A model generated the notes under the pieces. That model was not told where the DNA came from. It did no database searches and saw nothing but the letters and a program-made list of their open reading frames with translations. From assembly GCA_934777505.1 (NCBI GenBank), contig CAKVNM010000001.1, positions 28,977-92,976 of the forward strand: a DNA stretch of 64,000 nt, in the 5' to 3' direction. The position numbers and the translations under genes are program-made. Numbering within the stretch: the stretch's first letter is position 1; each line of letters starts with the position of its first letter. This document shows, in pieces, positions 9,785 to 19,773 of the stretch. This stretch comes from an uncultured Clostridia bacterium. Its GTDB lineage: Bacteria > Bacillota > Clostridia > Christensenellales > UBA1242.

Positions 9785-10453
9785 ATGAATATTGAAAGAA
9801 TAAAACAAAATTTGGGCGTAGAATTTAAAAATGACGAACTTTTAACTGTTGCTTTCACGCATAGTTCTTATGCAAATTCTCACCATGTTCGTAGCAACGA
9901 AAGATTGGAATTTTTAGGCGACAGTATTTTGAATTTTGTTACGACCGATTTTTTGATAAAAAATTTTAGTGAAGAAGAAGGCTATCTTTCCAAACTAAAA
10001 GCCTACTTGGTTTCGGCTGACAGTTTGAGTGAAATAATCGACAAACTCGATGTAATCAAAGAACTTAGTCATGGCAATTTTAACGCTCACAGTAGTAAAA
10101 ATGTCATGTGCGACTTGTTTGAATCCATTGTCGGGGCAATATATCTTGATAGCGGATTTGAGAGTGCAAAAAAGTTTATTTATGACAAATTAGGCCTTGA
10201 AACAAAAAGTGTTTTGCAAAGGTTTAATCAGGTTGACGACTATAAAACTAAGTTGCAGGAAATAGTGCAAAAAGACGGCAAAAACACCATTGAATATGTG
10301 CTAACAAACAAGCAAGGCAGTGGCGAAAATCAAACATATACAATAACGCTTAAAATTGGTGGCGAAGTTGTCTGCACAAACACTTCAAAATCCAAACGAC
10401 AAGCAGAAATTTTGTGTGCAAAACAGGCTTGTGAAAATTTAAAAAAGTGGTAA
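9785..10453 (+). CDS. rnc: Ribonuclease III
   Basis: RNase III signature ERLEFLGDSIL; C-terminal dsRBD; start may instead be GTG 9779. Confidence 0.93.
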   Translation: MNIERIKQNLGVEFKNDELLTVAFTHSSYANSHHVRSNERLEFLGDSILNFVTTDFLIKNFSEEEGYLSKLKAYLVSADSLSEIIDKLDVIKELSHGNFNAHSSKNVMCDLFESIVGAIYLDSGFESAKKFIYDKLGLETKSVLQRFNQVDDYKTKLQEIVQKDGKNTIEYVLTNKQGSGENQTYTITLKIGGEVVCTNTSKSKRQAEILCAKQACENLKKW

Positions 10454-10566
10454 AAATAAAAGCAAATTTTGGCAAAACAAATTTTGCTTTTTTTTTGTTT
10501 TGTACTTGTTAAATTATTATATCTATGATATAATAAATTCGACTATTTTAATTGGAGAACAAAATT

Positions 10567-13500
10567 TTGAACTTAAAAAGAATAGAATTACAGGGATTTA
10601 AGTCGTTTGCCGACAAAACAGTTGTTGATTTCGTTGGTGGAATTACAGCCATTGTTGGGCCAAACGGTTGCGGAAAAAGTAATGTTGCCGATGCAATTAG
10701 ATGGGTACTTGGAGAGCAAAGTAGCAAACTTTTGCGTGGAACAAGTATGCAAGATGTAATCTTTAACGGAACGGAAAAAAGAAAGTCACTTTCTTACTGC
10801 GAAGTTAGCATGGTTCTCGACAACACCGAAAGATTGATTGATATTCCTTATGACGAAATTTGCATTACTCGTAAACTTTATCGTTCGGGAGAAAGTGAAT
10901 ATTTGATTAACAAAAACACTTGTCGTTTGGCTGATATTAGAGATATTTTGCACGATAGTGGAATTGGTCGTGACGGCTACTCAATTATTGGACAGGGTAA
11001 GGTTGAAGAAATCGTTTCGTCCAAGCCAGAAAACAGGCGTAGCATTTTTGAAGAAACCGCTGGAATTTCCAAGTTTAAGTATAAGAAAATCGAAGCCGAA
11101 CGAAGACTTGCCAGAACTCGTGACAATCTTAGTCGTGTAAACGATATTTTGCTTGAAATCGACAGGCAGTTGAAGCCACTAAGACAACAAGCCGAGACTG
11201 CAAAAAAATATCTCGACTTTAAGGAAAAATTGAAGTCATACGAAGTTAATAACTATGTTTATAACTACGAAAATGCCGAAAATAACAAAAAAGTTATCAA
11301 CGACAGAATTAATGCTTTAACCGAAGAAAGCGACAGCAAGCAAAAAGAATTAACTTCAACAATCGAAAAATATAATAGCAACATGAACGAAATCAACAAG
11401 ATTGACGAAAACATGAAGTCGTTATATAGCCAAACAACCGACTTGAAAGTAGCACTTGAAAAATCATCTGGCGAAACAAATGTTTATCGTGAAAGATTAC
11501 TTCTTTTAAAAGAGCAAGCCGAAAAGTTTAAACAAGATTTGCTCAAAGAACAACAGAATATCGAAAATATCGAAAATTCTTTAAAACAAAAAACTAGCAA
11601 GAAGCAACAAAACGAAATTGATATCGAATCACTAAATGTTGAATCACAAAAGATTAGCGAAAAATATCTTGCAATCGTTGACGAATTAACAAAGAGCGAA
11701 GACGAAGCCGAAGAAAATCAACAACTCATGATTAGTGCACTTGATAAACTTTCGGACATTAAGGCAGATATTTCAAAACTCAACGCCGAAAGAGAAAATG
11801 CTCTTGACAGGCAAGCGGTCGTAATCTCGCAAAAGCGTTCAACCGAAGAAAAACTTGAAAGTTTAAATCAAGAACTTTTGAATGCAAACAGTCAACTAGC
11901 CAACTTTTCAGCAATGAAAGAGTCTAGTAGTGCAAAGTTGAAACAAAATCAAAACGACTATCTTTTGTTTTCCAATCAAGTGAACGATGCTCAAACCGAA
12001 GTTCTAAATTTGAACTCCACAATCGCATCTTTGGACGCAAGACATAAAATGCTTGTTGATATGCAAAAGAACTATGACGGCTTTAACGGGGCAGTAAAAA
12101 TCTTGCTTCAAAGACTAGAAAACAGCGCTCCACTTAAACAAAATATTGTTGGTGTTGTGGCTTCGCTTATGACCGTTCCAAAGCAGTACGAAACCGCTAT
12201 TGAAATGGCTCTTGGTTCGCAAGTTCAAAACATCGTAACCGAAAACGAAGACAATGCAAAACTACTTATTAAGTACTTGAAAGATAACAGTCTTGGCAGA
12301 GCAACTTTCTTGCCAATTACTTCAATGCGAGCAAGAAATCTTAACAATTACCTTAACGAAATCCGTTCGCAAAAAGGCTCTTATGGCATTGCTAGCGAGT
12401 TGATTTCGTTCGACAAGCACCTATCCAATGTCTTTGAAAACTTGCTTGGTGGAACAGTTATTGTTGATAACCTTGTAACCGCAGTAGAACTTGCAAAACG
12501 CACAAGATATGGCTTTAAAATTGTAACCTTGGACGGCGATGTTATCAACCCACAAGGTTCAATCACTGGCGGTAGCAAAAAATATTCTGCAAGCAGTGTT
12601 GTCGGCAGAGATAGAGAGATTGAAGACATCGAAAAGCAACTTGAAAGCCTAAAACTTCAACTTGCCGAAACAAATAGAACTTTGCAGTCGTCAAAACAAA
12701 AACTTGCTGAACTCAAACAAGAACAAGAAGTTCTGCTTGACCAAAGTCACACTGCCGAAATCAATTATGTTAAGTGTGCCGAAAATAAGCAAAGCCTTGA
12801 CGAAACTATTGATTCACTCACTCAAACAATCGAGTCGTTAAATCAAGAAAATTCCGCTTTGACTGCAAAATTAAAAGCCATCGACCTTAGTCTAAACCAA
12901 ACAGACCAAGCAAAAAATAGCATTAATTCCAACAAGTCAAACGCAGATGAAAGCCTTGCAAAAAGGCAACAAAAGTTTGAAAACTTGAAGCGTGAGCGTG
13001 ACGAATACAACACAAAAGTGCTAGATGTAAAAGTCAAAATTGCGTCTTTAAAGAGTGAAATTGCTAGCATTGACGAAGATATTGAAAGACTAAAACTAGA
13101 ACGAGAAGACGCTTTGACAAACGCAGACCAAATCAGTGAATATATTGCTCAAAATGCAAAAACAATTCAGTCCGCTGAACAAATTATCAGTGCAAAAACA
13201 CAGGATAGCAAGTACCAAGAAATCAACACAAAACTTGAAAATATCAACAACAAACTTGCTCATCTTGACGACTATAAGTTGTCTTTGCAAAAAGACTTGA
13301 AAACCTTGGACGAGAACAGAATGCTTCTTCAATCAAAGATTGGCAAGTTGCAAGACAAAGTGTTCCAAGAAAACTTGAACCTATCAAAAATTGGCACGGA
13401 ACTTGAAAATATGCAAGCAAGAGTTTGGGAAGATTATGGCTTAACTTATGCAACAGCAGTTGACTATAAGATTGAAAACTATGACCTTCAAGACGGCTTG

Positions 13501-14175
13501 AAACAAGCAAACATTTTTAAGCGAGAAATCGACAAACTTGGCTATGTCAATGTTAACGCTATTGAAGATAGTAAGTTGCAAGAAGAACGCTACAACGAAC
13601 TTTCTATTCAAAACGATGACCTATTAAAAGCCGAAGCAGACTTGACAAAAATCATCAGCGAACTTGAAACCGAAATGACAACCAGATTTGCTAACGCCTT
13701 TAATATCGTTAATCAAAACTTTGGAAAAGTGTTCAAGGAACTATTTGGCGGTGGCAGAGCAGAACTTGTTTTAACCGAAGCCGAAAGTGGCAATCCACTT
13801 GAACAAGGCGTTGATATTATCGCCGAACCACCGGGCAAAAAACTTCAAAACATCACATTGCTTTCTGGTGGTGAAAAAGCCTTGACTGCGATTGCGATTT
13901 TGTTCTCAATCTTAAAGTTAAGACCAATGCCTTTCGTTTTGCTAGACGAAATTGAAGCCGCTCTTGACGAAGCCAATGTTGGAAGATTTGCAAAGTACTT
14001 GCAAAGATTTTCGAGTGAAACTCAATTTATCGTTATCACTCACAGAAAGCCAACAATGGAACTTGCCGACAGTTTGTATGGTGTTACTATGCAAGAAAAA
14101 GGTGTTTCAAAAATCGTTAGCGTTAAACTTAGTGATGCGATTGACGGCGAGAGCAAACAGTCAGTTGGTGCATAA
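10567..14175 (+). CDS. smc: Chromosome segregation protein SMC
   Basis: Walker A GPNGCGKSN, long coiled coils, hinge, LSGGEKALTAIA, Walker B FVLLDEIEAALD; the track start 10552 (TTG-GAG) lies inside the SD, and TTG 10567 gives the canonical MNLKRIELQGFKSF. Confidence 0.93.
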   Translation: MNLKRIELQGFKSFADKTVVDFVGGITAIVGPNGCGKSNVADAIRWVLGEQSSKLLRGTSMQDVIFNGTEKRKSLSYCEVSMVLDNTERLIDIPYDEICITRKLYRSGESEYLINKNTCRLADIRDILHDSGIGRDGYSIIGQGKVEEIVSSKPENRRSIFEETAGISKFKYKKIEAERRLARTRDNLSRVNDILLEIDRQLKPLRQQAETAKKYLDFKEKLKSYEVNNYVYNYENAENNKKVINDRINALTEESDSKQKELTSTIEKYNSNMNEINKIDENMKSLYSQTTDLKVALEKSSGETNVYRERLLLLKEQAEKFKQDLLKEQQNIENIENSLKQKTSKKQQNEIDIESLNVESQKISEKYLAIVDELTKSEDEAEENQQLMISALDKLSDIKADISKLNAERENALDRQAVVISQKRSTEEKLESLNQELLNANSQLANFSAMKESSSAKLKQNQNDYLLFSNQVNDAQTEVLNLNSTIASLDARHKMLVDMQKNYDGFNGAVKILLQRLENSAPLKQNIVGVVASLMTVPKQYETAIEMALGSQVQNIVTENEDNAKLLIKYLKDNSLGRATFLPITSMRARNLNNYLNEIRSQKGSYGIASELISFDKHLSNVFENLLGGTVIVDNLVTAVELAKRTRYGFKIVTLDGDVINPQGSITGGSKKYSASSVVGRDREIEDIEKQLESLKLQLAETNRTLQSSKQKLAELKQEQEVLLDQSHTAEINYVKCAENKQSLDETIDSLTQTIESLNQENSALTAKLKAIDLSLNQTDQAKNSINSNKSNADESLAKRQQKFENLKRERDEYNTKVLDVKVKIASLKSEIASIDEDIERLKLEREDALTNADQISEYIAQNAKTIQSAEQIISAKTQDSKYQEINTKLENINNKLAHLDDYKLSLQKDLKTLDENRMLLQSKIGKLQDKVFQENLNLSKIGTELENMQARVWEDYGLTYATAVDYKIENYDLQDGLKQANIFKREIDKLGYVNVNAIEDSKLQEERYNELSIQNDDLLKAEADLTKIISELETEMTTRFANAFNIVNQNFGKVFKELFGGGRAELVLTEAESGNPLEQGVDIIAEPPGKKLQNITLLSGGEKALTAIAILFSILKLRPMPFVLLDEIEAALDEANVGRFAKYLQRFSSETQFIVITHRKPTMELADSLYGVTMQEKGVSKIVSVKLSDAIDGESKQSVGA

Positions 14176-14219
14176 AAACCTTAAAAAATCACAAAAATAT
14201 TAAAAAATAAGGAGAAAAT

Positions 14220-15116
14220 ATGGGATTTTTTAGTAAAATTTTCTCAGGACTCAAAAAAACCAAAGACAGCCTTGCAAAAAAACTTTCAATGATTTTTGGT
14301 AATGGCGAACTCACTGATGAGTTTTTTGAAGACCTTGAATACACTTTGATTTCAAGTGATATTGGCGTTGAAACAACTGGCGAAATAATCAAAGATGTTC
14401 GTGCTGAGTGCAAAAAGAAAAAAATCAAAACTCAGGATGAGTTTAAGCAAGTTTTAAAAAATTCAATCGTCAAAATTTTGAACGAAGTTGAAGCAATCAG
14501 CGATGACTACCCAAAAGCAATCATGCTCCTTGGAGTTAACGGCGTTGGCAAGACTACCGCTATTGGAAAACTTGCAAACTACTATAAAAATCAAAAAAAG
14601 AGCGTTGTCATGGCAGCGGGTGATACTTTTAGAGCAGCCGCAAGCGACCAACTTACAATCTGGGCAGACAGAGCAAAAGTTAGGATTGTTAAGCAAGCCG
14701 AAGGGGCAGACAGTGCAAGTGTTGTTTTTGACGCTGTAACAAGTGCAAAAGCAAAAAAAGATGATGTTCTTTTAATCGACACAGCGGGCAGACTTCACAA
14801 CAAAGTCAACCTTATGGAAGAACTTAAAAAAATCAGCAAAGTTGTAACAAATCAGTGGCCAGAATGTAACTATAAAAAATTCATCGTGCTTGACGCAACA
14901 ACTGGTCAAAATGCCATTCCTCAAGTTGAATATTTTAATGAAGCAGTTGGGCTAGACGGAATTATTTTGACCAAACTTGACGGCACAAGCAAGGGCGGAG
15001 TTGTGATTGAAATTGTAAACAAACTTCACATTCCAATCGTGTTTGTTGGCGTTGGCGAAGGCATTGACGATTTGCTTCCATTTAACACAGAAGAATTTGT
15101 TGACGCTATTATTTAA
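14220..15116 (+). CDS. ftsY: Signal recognition particle receptor FtsY
   Basis: GVNGVGKTTAIGKLA, DTAGR, and TKLDG GTPase motifs. Confidence 0.95.
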   Translation: MGFFSKIFSGLKKTKDSLAKKLSMIFGNGELTDEFFEDLEYTLISSDIGVETTGEIIKDVRAECKKKKIKTQDEFKQVLKNSIVKILNEVEAISDDYPKAIMLLGVNGVGKTTAIGKLANYYKNQKKSVVMAAGDTFRAAASDQLTIWADRAKVRIVKQAEGADSASVVFDAVTSAKAKKDDVLLIDTAGRLHNKVNLMEELKKISKVVTNQWPECNYKKFIVLDATTGQNAIPQVEYFNEAVGLDGIILTKLDGTSKGGVVIEIVNKLHIPIVFVGVGEGIDDLLPFNTEEFVDAII

Positions 15117-15121
15117 TACAT

Positions 15122-15153
15122 AAAAAATCGGGAAGTTTTCTCGATTTTTTTTG
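15122..15153 (+). terminator. Rho-independent terminator
   Basis: aatcggga / tctcgatt stem (one G-U pair), 5-nt loop, 9-T run. Confidence 0.75.
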
Positions 15154-15345
15154 TTTAAAATTTTTTATTTTTACTCACAAAACTTTACATTATGATTTAA
15201 AAAAGTGTTTTGATTTATATCATTTTAAAATCACATATTTTTTTATGATTTCTTGAAAAATTCTAAAATTTTTGTGATTTTAAGTGCAAAACGGCATAAA
15301 AAATGCAAAAAAAACATCAAAACTAATGAAAAATTTGCAAATATA

Positions 15346-15354
15346 TGCTATAAT
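15346..15354 (+). promoter_or_regulatory. Extended -10 promoter placed for a leaderless transcript
   Basis: TGc-TATAAT (15346-15354), then exactly 6 nt (gttcac), then ATG 15361; no SD. Confidence 0.5.
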
Positions 15355-15360
15355 GTTCAC

Positions 15361-16230
15361 ATGAAATACATAAAGCAATCAAACAAAATTATAATTCAAG
15401 ATTTAACCGAATTTAATCCCGAACAAATACTAGAATGTGGTCAAGTTTTTAGGTATACAAAGTGTGACGAAGTCTATCAAGTTTTTAGTGCAAACAAAAC
15501 TGCATATATCGTTCCAACAAAAGATAATTTGTCGCAACTTTGCGGATACGAAATTGTAACAGACGATGTCGATTATTTTGAAAATTACTTTGACTTAAAA
15601 CAAGATTATGCTAGTTTAAAATCGCAGATTTTGAAAATTCAAAACAGTGATTTTATGCGTAACGCAATCAACTTTGGCAGTGGCATAAGACTGCTTAATC
15701 AAGACCACACGGAAACCATAATTTCGTTCGTAATTTCACAAAACAACAATATTAAACGAATTCAACAAATCATCGAAAAAATTTGTCAAAAATTTGGCAC
15801 AAACATGGGTGGATTTTATGCGTTTCCAACCATAGAACAACTGTCAAAAGCCACAAGTGACAACTTTAAAAACATGGGTGCTGGATATAGAGCCACATAT
15901 CTTGTTAATGTTATCAAATTTTTGCAAACTTTTGATAGTAATTCGTTTGAAAAATTGTCGCAAGATGAGCAACTCGGCGTTTTGCTTTCCGTTAACGGGA
16001 TTGGTCCAAAAGTTGCCGATTGCATTTTGCTTTTTGGCTATCACAACATGACAGTTTTTCCAGTCGACACTTGGATTGAAAAGGTTTACAAAGAGTACTT
16101 TTTTGGCACTGGCGACTCTTCAAAACTTGACCGAAAACAAATACGCAAAAATCTGGTCAGCAGGTTTGGAAATATGTCTGGCTATGCTCAGCAATATTTG
16201 TTTTACTATCAGCGTTCCAGCAAAAAGTAG
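15361..16230 (+). CDS. ogg: 8-oxoguanine DNA glycosylase (Ogg, HhH-GPD family)
   Basis: N-terminal EQILECGQVFRY (OGG_N-like), HhH-GPD NGIGPKVADCILLFG with catalytic Lys, and PVDTW Asp; the track start 15253 is an unsupported extension. Confidence 0.8.
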   Translation: MKYIKQSNKIIIQDLTEFNPEQILECGQVFRYTKCDEVYQVFSANKTAYIVPTKDNLSQLCGYEIVTDDVDYFENYFDLKQDYASLKSQILKIQNSDFMRNAINFGSGIRLLNQDHTETIISFVISQNNNIKRIQQIIEKICQKFGTNMGGFYAFPTIEQLSKATSDNFKNMGAGYRATYLVNVIKFLQTFDSNSFEKLSQDEQLGVLLSVNGIGPKVADCILLFGYHNMTVFPVDTWIEKVYKEYFFGTGDSSKLDRKQIRKNLVSRFGNMSGYAQQYLFYYQRSSKK

Positions 16231-16269
16231 GAAATAGCAAAAAAATTAAAAAAATTTTTAAAATGAGTA

Positions 16270-16298
16270 TTTACATTTTGCAAATCATAATGTATAAT
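16270..16298 (+). promoter_or_regulatory. Sigma-A type promoter of the nfeD-floA operon
   Basis: TTTACA (16270-16275), 17-nt spacer ending in TG, TATAAT (16293-16298). Confidence 0.6.
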
Positions 16299-16320
16299 AT
16301 CATCATAAAGGAGAGATACC

Positions 16321-16842
16321 ATGCTAGAAGCGTTAACGACTTTGTTTGCAGGCACTTATGGATTGGTTACGGCAATATGCTTAACAGTCGGGCTTGTATT
16401 ACTCGCGATTGAAATTTTTATTCCCGGATTTGGAGTCTGTGGAATTACTGGCATTGTACTCTTAGTTTTCTCAGTTGTGTTCAGGATTGCAACAAGCGGA
16501 AACTTTCTTCACTTTTTGTATTTGCTCATCATAATCTTACTTGCGGTGGGACTTGTGGTGCTAATAACAATCAGGAGTGCAAGATATGGGTTGATTTCCA
16601 AAACACCGATTGTAGAAAATTCAACAGCAATTCCAAAAGACTACGGTTCAAACGAAAAAAACTTTGGCTTTTTGGTTAATAAAGTTGGAACAACAAAAAC
16701 CATTTGCAAACCTATTGGCAAAATGGAAATTGACAACATCGAATATCAGGTTATTTCAAACGGAGATTATATCGAAGCGGGCGAAAAGGTTAGAGTTGTT
16801 GAAGTTGACGGCGACACGATTGTCGTAAAAAAGGAGAAATAA
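16321..16842 (+). CDS. NfeD-family membrane protein
   Basis: Three or four N-terminal TM segments plus a C-terminal OB-like NfeD domain ([16 protein letters not shown]); precedes floA as in B. subtilis yqeZ-yqfA. Confidence 0.8.
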   Translation: MLEALTTLFAGTYGLVTAICLTVGLVLLAIEIFIPGFGVCGITGIVLLVFSVVFRIATSGNFLHFLYLLIIILLAVGLVVLITIRSARYGLISKTPIVENSTAIPKDYGSNEKNFGFLVNKVGTTKTICKPIGKMEIDNIEYQVISNGDYIEAGEKVRVVEVDGDTIVVKKEK

Positions 16843-16852
16843 GGAGAATATT

Positions 16853-17866
16853 ATGAATATTGGATTATTACTAGCAGGACAATTCCAAATTTGGATAGCA
16901 GTTGTTCTCGGTATCGTTTTGCTACTACTCATCATCTTCTTTGCAGTAGTACCACTAAGAACATGGTTTAGATGCTTGGTTTCTGGCACATATCTTGGTA
17001 TGTCAAGACTAATCGGCATGAAACTTAGAAGAATCAATGTAGACCTTGTTATTGACGCCTACATTAACGCAAAAAAAGCAGGTCTTGATATTAATATCAA
17101 CGAACTAGAAACTCACGCAATGGCAGGCGGTAATGTTAGTGCCGTTGTGTCTGCATTAATCAGCGCACACAGTGCAAAAATTCCGCTAACAACAGACGCA
17201 GCCAAGGCAATAGACCTTGCTGGTCGTGATGTTTTGAAAGCGGTTAAAGAAAGTGTTACACCAAAGGTTATTAGAACTCCATCAATCAGCGCAGTTGCAA
17301 AAGATGGTATCGAACTAAAAGTTTTGGTAAAGGTAACCGTAAAAACAAACCTTAACAAACTTGTTGGTGGTGCGGGCGAAGAAACAATTATCTCCCGTGT
17401 TGGCGAAGGTATCGTAACAACAATCGGTTCTGCTCAAACTCACGAAGAAGTTTTGGAAAACCCAGATTTGATTTCACAAGCAGTTTTGGATAAAGGTCTT
17501 GATGACGGCACAGCATTCCAAATTTTGTCTATTGATATTGCCGATATTGATGTTGGCGATAACATCGGTGCAGAACTTAAAAAGCTTGCTGCCCAAGCAG
17601 AAAAGGAAATCGCCGAAGCAAAGGCTGCCGAAAGACGAGCAATGGCTATTGCTGCCGAACAAGAAATGAAGGCAAAAACTCAGGAAATGAAAGCAACTGT
17701 TGTCGAAGCAGAAGCAGAAGTCCCAAAGGCAATCGCAGAAGCATTCAAAAACGGCAAACTTGGCGTTATGGACTATTACAGAGTTCAAAATGTCATGGCT
17801 GATACAGACATGAGAAAGTCAATCGCAAATCCTCAAAAAGATAGCAGAGATGACGACAACGATTAA
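16853..17866 (+). CDS. floA: Flotillin-like protein FloA (UPF0365/YqfA)
   Basis: N-terminal TM, then [27 protein letters not shown] and a C-terminal Ala/Glu-rich coiled region typical of FloA. Confidence 0.88.
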   Translation: MNIGLLLAGQFQIWIAVVLGIVLLLLIIFFAVVPLRTWFRCLVSGTYLGMSRLIGMKLRRINVDLVIDAYINAKKAGLDININELETHAMAGGNVSAVVSALISAHSAKIPLTTDAAKAIDLAGRDVLKAVKESVTPKVIRTPSISAVAKDGIELKVLVKVTVKTNLNKLVGGAGEETIISRVGEGIVTTIGSAQTHEEVLENPDLISQAVLDKGLDDGTAFQILSIDIADIDVGDNIGAELKKLAAQAEKEIAEAKAAERRAMAIAAEQEMKAKTQEMKATVVEAEAEVPKAIAEAFKNGKLGVMDYYRVQNVMADTDMRKSIANPQKDSRDDDND

Positions 17867-17883
17867 TCATAGGAAGGCTTAAT

Positions 17884-18312
17884 ATGTCACCATTAGAAAT
17901 TAGCATTATTGTAATATTTTCGGCTGGGACTTTACTAGCCTTCCTTTTGTATTTTATTAATTCTCAAAAGATAAAAAAGGCAAAGAAAAAACAAGCAGAA
18001 GCCGAAAAACAAAAGCAGGAAGAAGAAAAGAAAGCCGAAGAAAAGGCCAAAAAAGATAGCGAAAAGGAAAAAGCTTCTTCAAAAAAAGATGTGGTCGAAG
18101 CCGTTGCCGACAACTCGGCTCAGCCAGCAGTTGCAATTGTTGAAGAAAACACTCAGCAAGAGCAACCTAGCACCGAAACCCTAAACGGAAAGGTGGAAGA
18201 AAAAACTCCTGCCAAAGCAAAGAAAACTAAGTCAATCAAACAGCAAATCGACAACCTTTCACCAGAACTCAAAGCAATTCTTTTAACGGATATAATCAAG
18301 CCAAAATATTAA
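17884..18312 (+). CDS. Membrane-anchored Lys/Glu-rich protein (positional equivalent of B. subtilis yqfB)
   Basis: One N-terminal TM, then a low-complexity K/E/A region; third gene of the nfeD-floA unit. Confidence 0.6.
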   Translation: MSPLEISIIVIFSAGTLLAFLLYFINSQKIKKAKKKQAEAEKQKQEEEKKAEEKAKKDSEKEKASSKKDVVEAVADNSAQPAVAIVEENTQQEQPSTETLNGKVEEKTPAKAKKTKSIKQQIDNLSPELKAILLTDIIKPKY

Positions 18313-18338
18313 AACAGATTTTAAAAATCTGTTTTTTT
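18311..18338 (+). terminator. Rho-independent terminator
   Basis: aaaacagatt / aatctgtttt perfect 10-bp stem, 5-nt loop, T-run. Confidence 0.8.
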
Positions 18339-18391
18339 AATCAAAAACTATTTTAATTCTTTTTAAAAAAAGTTGGTCATATAAATATTAT

Positions 18392-18646
18392 ATGTTTGAT
18401 TTTATTAACGAGATTGAAGAAATAAAAAACATAACCAAAGGTTATCGCTATCAAAATTTTGGTGGCGAGATTTTGGTGGTTCAGGGCTACAAAGATATTC
18501 TGCTTTTGGAAGACGAAAATGTAGTGTTAAAACTCAAAACTGGCGAACTGCAAGTTATGGGCAAAAATCTTAGTGTAACCGAGTTTAGCACAAATTCGAT
18601 TGTCATAAAAGGCAAAATTGATAGCGTTGAAAGTGTGGGTGCGTGA
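18392..18646 (+). CDS. yqfC: Sporulation protein YqfC (YabP family)
   Basis: 84 aa with the YabP-like pattern ILVVQGYKDILLLEDENVVLK...LQVMGKNLSV; followed by yqfD with a 4-nt overlap. Confidence 0.75.
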   Translation: MFDFINEIEEIKNITKGYRYQNFGGEILVVQGYKDILLLEDENVVLKLKTGELQVMGKNLSVTEFSTNSIVIKGKIDSVESVGA

Positions 18647-19764
18647 TGGGCAAGTGCAGAGTAAAAATTCACGGTGTGAACATATCAAAACTGTTCAAAT
18701 TGCTCAAAAAAAACAATATCGAAATGTTTGGCATTGAGCGAACGGACTACAAAACCATATTTTTTACCGTCAAGGCAAGCAAACTAAAAAAACTTTTTGC
18801 TATTTTAAAAAACTCATGCTATACTATTAGCGTAGAAAAATACTACGGAACAATAAAATATTTGCAGTTTTTAAAAAAACGATTTGGCTATGTTATCGGT
18901 GCAGTTGTTTTTGCAAGCATTTTGATTTTGAGCAACTTTTTCGTGAGCGATGTTAAGGTCTATGGCACAAAAACAATTAGTCCAGCCGAAATTTTGCTAA
19001 CTTTGGAAAAAAGCGGACTAAAAAAAGGTGCAATTCTTAGCAAGTTTTCGACAGACGAAATTTGTGCAATCCTAGACAAAAACTTTGAGAATATCAGCCT
19101 TGTTAGTGTTATAAAAAAAGGCACGCAAGTTGTTATTAACATCAAAGAAAAGCAGACGATAGACGAAAGTTTTGATGTGTCGAATAAAGACATTATCGCC
19201 ACCAAGGACGGCAAAATTTTGGAAATCAATGTGGTGCAAGGAACGGCAAACTTTAAGCAAGGCGAGTGCTTTAAAGCGGGCGATATTTTGGTTAGTGGCT
19301 CGTTTAAAGATATTCACGGCAATGTGGTAGATTGCAAGGCACAGGCTAGCATAAAAGCCTTGATATCGTATGAAACATCGCAAGACTATCTTGGAAGTTA
19401 CACGGCGAATGTTAGGACTGGCAAAAGCATAACAAACAGCAGTTTTTCTATTTTTGGCAAAGAATTTTTGTCATCAAACAAAAAGGTCAGTTTTGAGAAC
19501 TATGAAGTTGTAAAAACCGAAAAAATGCTTTTTAACAACAACTTTTTGCCACTAAAAATTATTTCGACAACATATTTTGAGTTGGAACAAAAATTGGTGG
19601 AACAAAGTTTTGAAAACGACAAAAATTCGATAATTGACAACTTGAAATCTAAAACGCACGATTTGGTCAAGGACAAAAAGATTGAAAACGAGTACGAAAA
19701 GATTGAAAAAATCGAAAATGGCTACAATGTTAAGTATATTGTTGAAGTAGTAGAAGAAATTTAG
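18643..19764 (+). CDS. yqfD: Sporulation protein YqfD
   Basis: 373 aa; N-terminal domain, central TM (YVIGAVVFASILILSNFF), C-terminal beta-rich region; conserved position after yqfC. Confidence 0.75.
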   Translation: MMGKCRVKIHGVNISKLFKLLKKNNIEMFGIERTDYKTIFFTVKASKLKKLFAILKNSCYTISVEKYYGTIKYLQFLKKRFGYVIGAVVFASILILSNFFVSDVKVYGTKTISPAEILLTLEKSGLKKGAILSKFSTDEICAILDKNFENISLVSVIKKGTQVVINIKEKQTIDESFDVSNKDIIATKDGKILEINVVQGTANFKQGECFKAGDILVSGSFKDIHGNVVDCKAQASIKALISYETSQDYLGSYTANVRTGKSITNSSFSIFGKEFLSSNKKVSFENYEVVKTEKMLFNNNFLPLKIISTTYFELEQKLVEQSFENDKNSIIDNLKSKTHDLVKDKKIENEYEKIEKIENGYNVKYIVEVVEEI

Positions 19765-19773
19765 GAGTTAAAT

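Noticed and set aside
17970-18250. A repetitive-looking AAG/GAA-rich stretch
   Set aside because: It is the coding sequence for the Lys/Glu-rich low-complexity region of the yqfB-like protein, not a tandem DNA repeat or a CRISPR-like array.
18380-18394. Possible leaderless or sigma-E-type promoter immediately upstream of yqfC (gtCATATAAATattatATG)
   Set aside because: The -10-like element is ambiguous (TATAAA or ATAAAT) with a spacing of 5-6 nt. Its resemblance to the sigma-E CATACA-T box is partial, and I could not find a convincing -35 element. The evidence is too weak to report as a feature.
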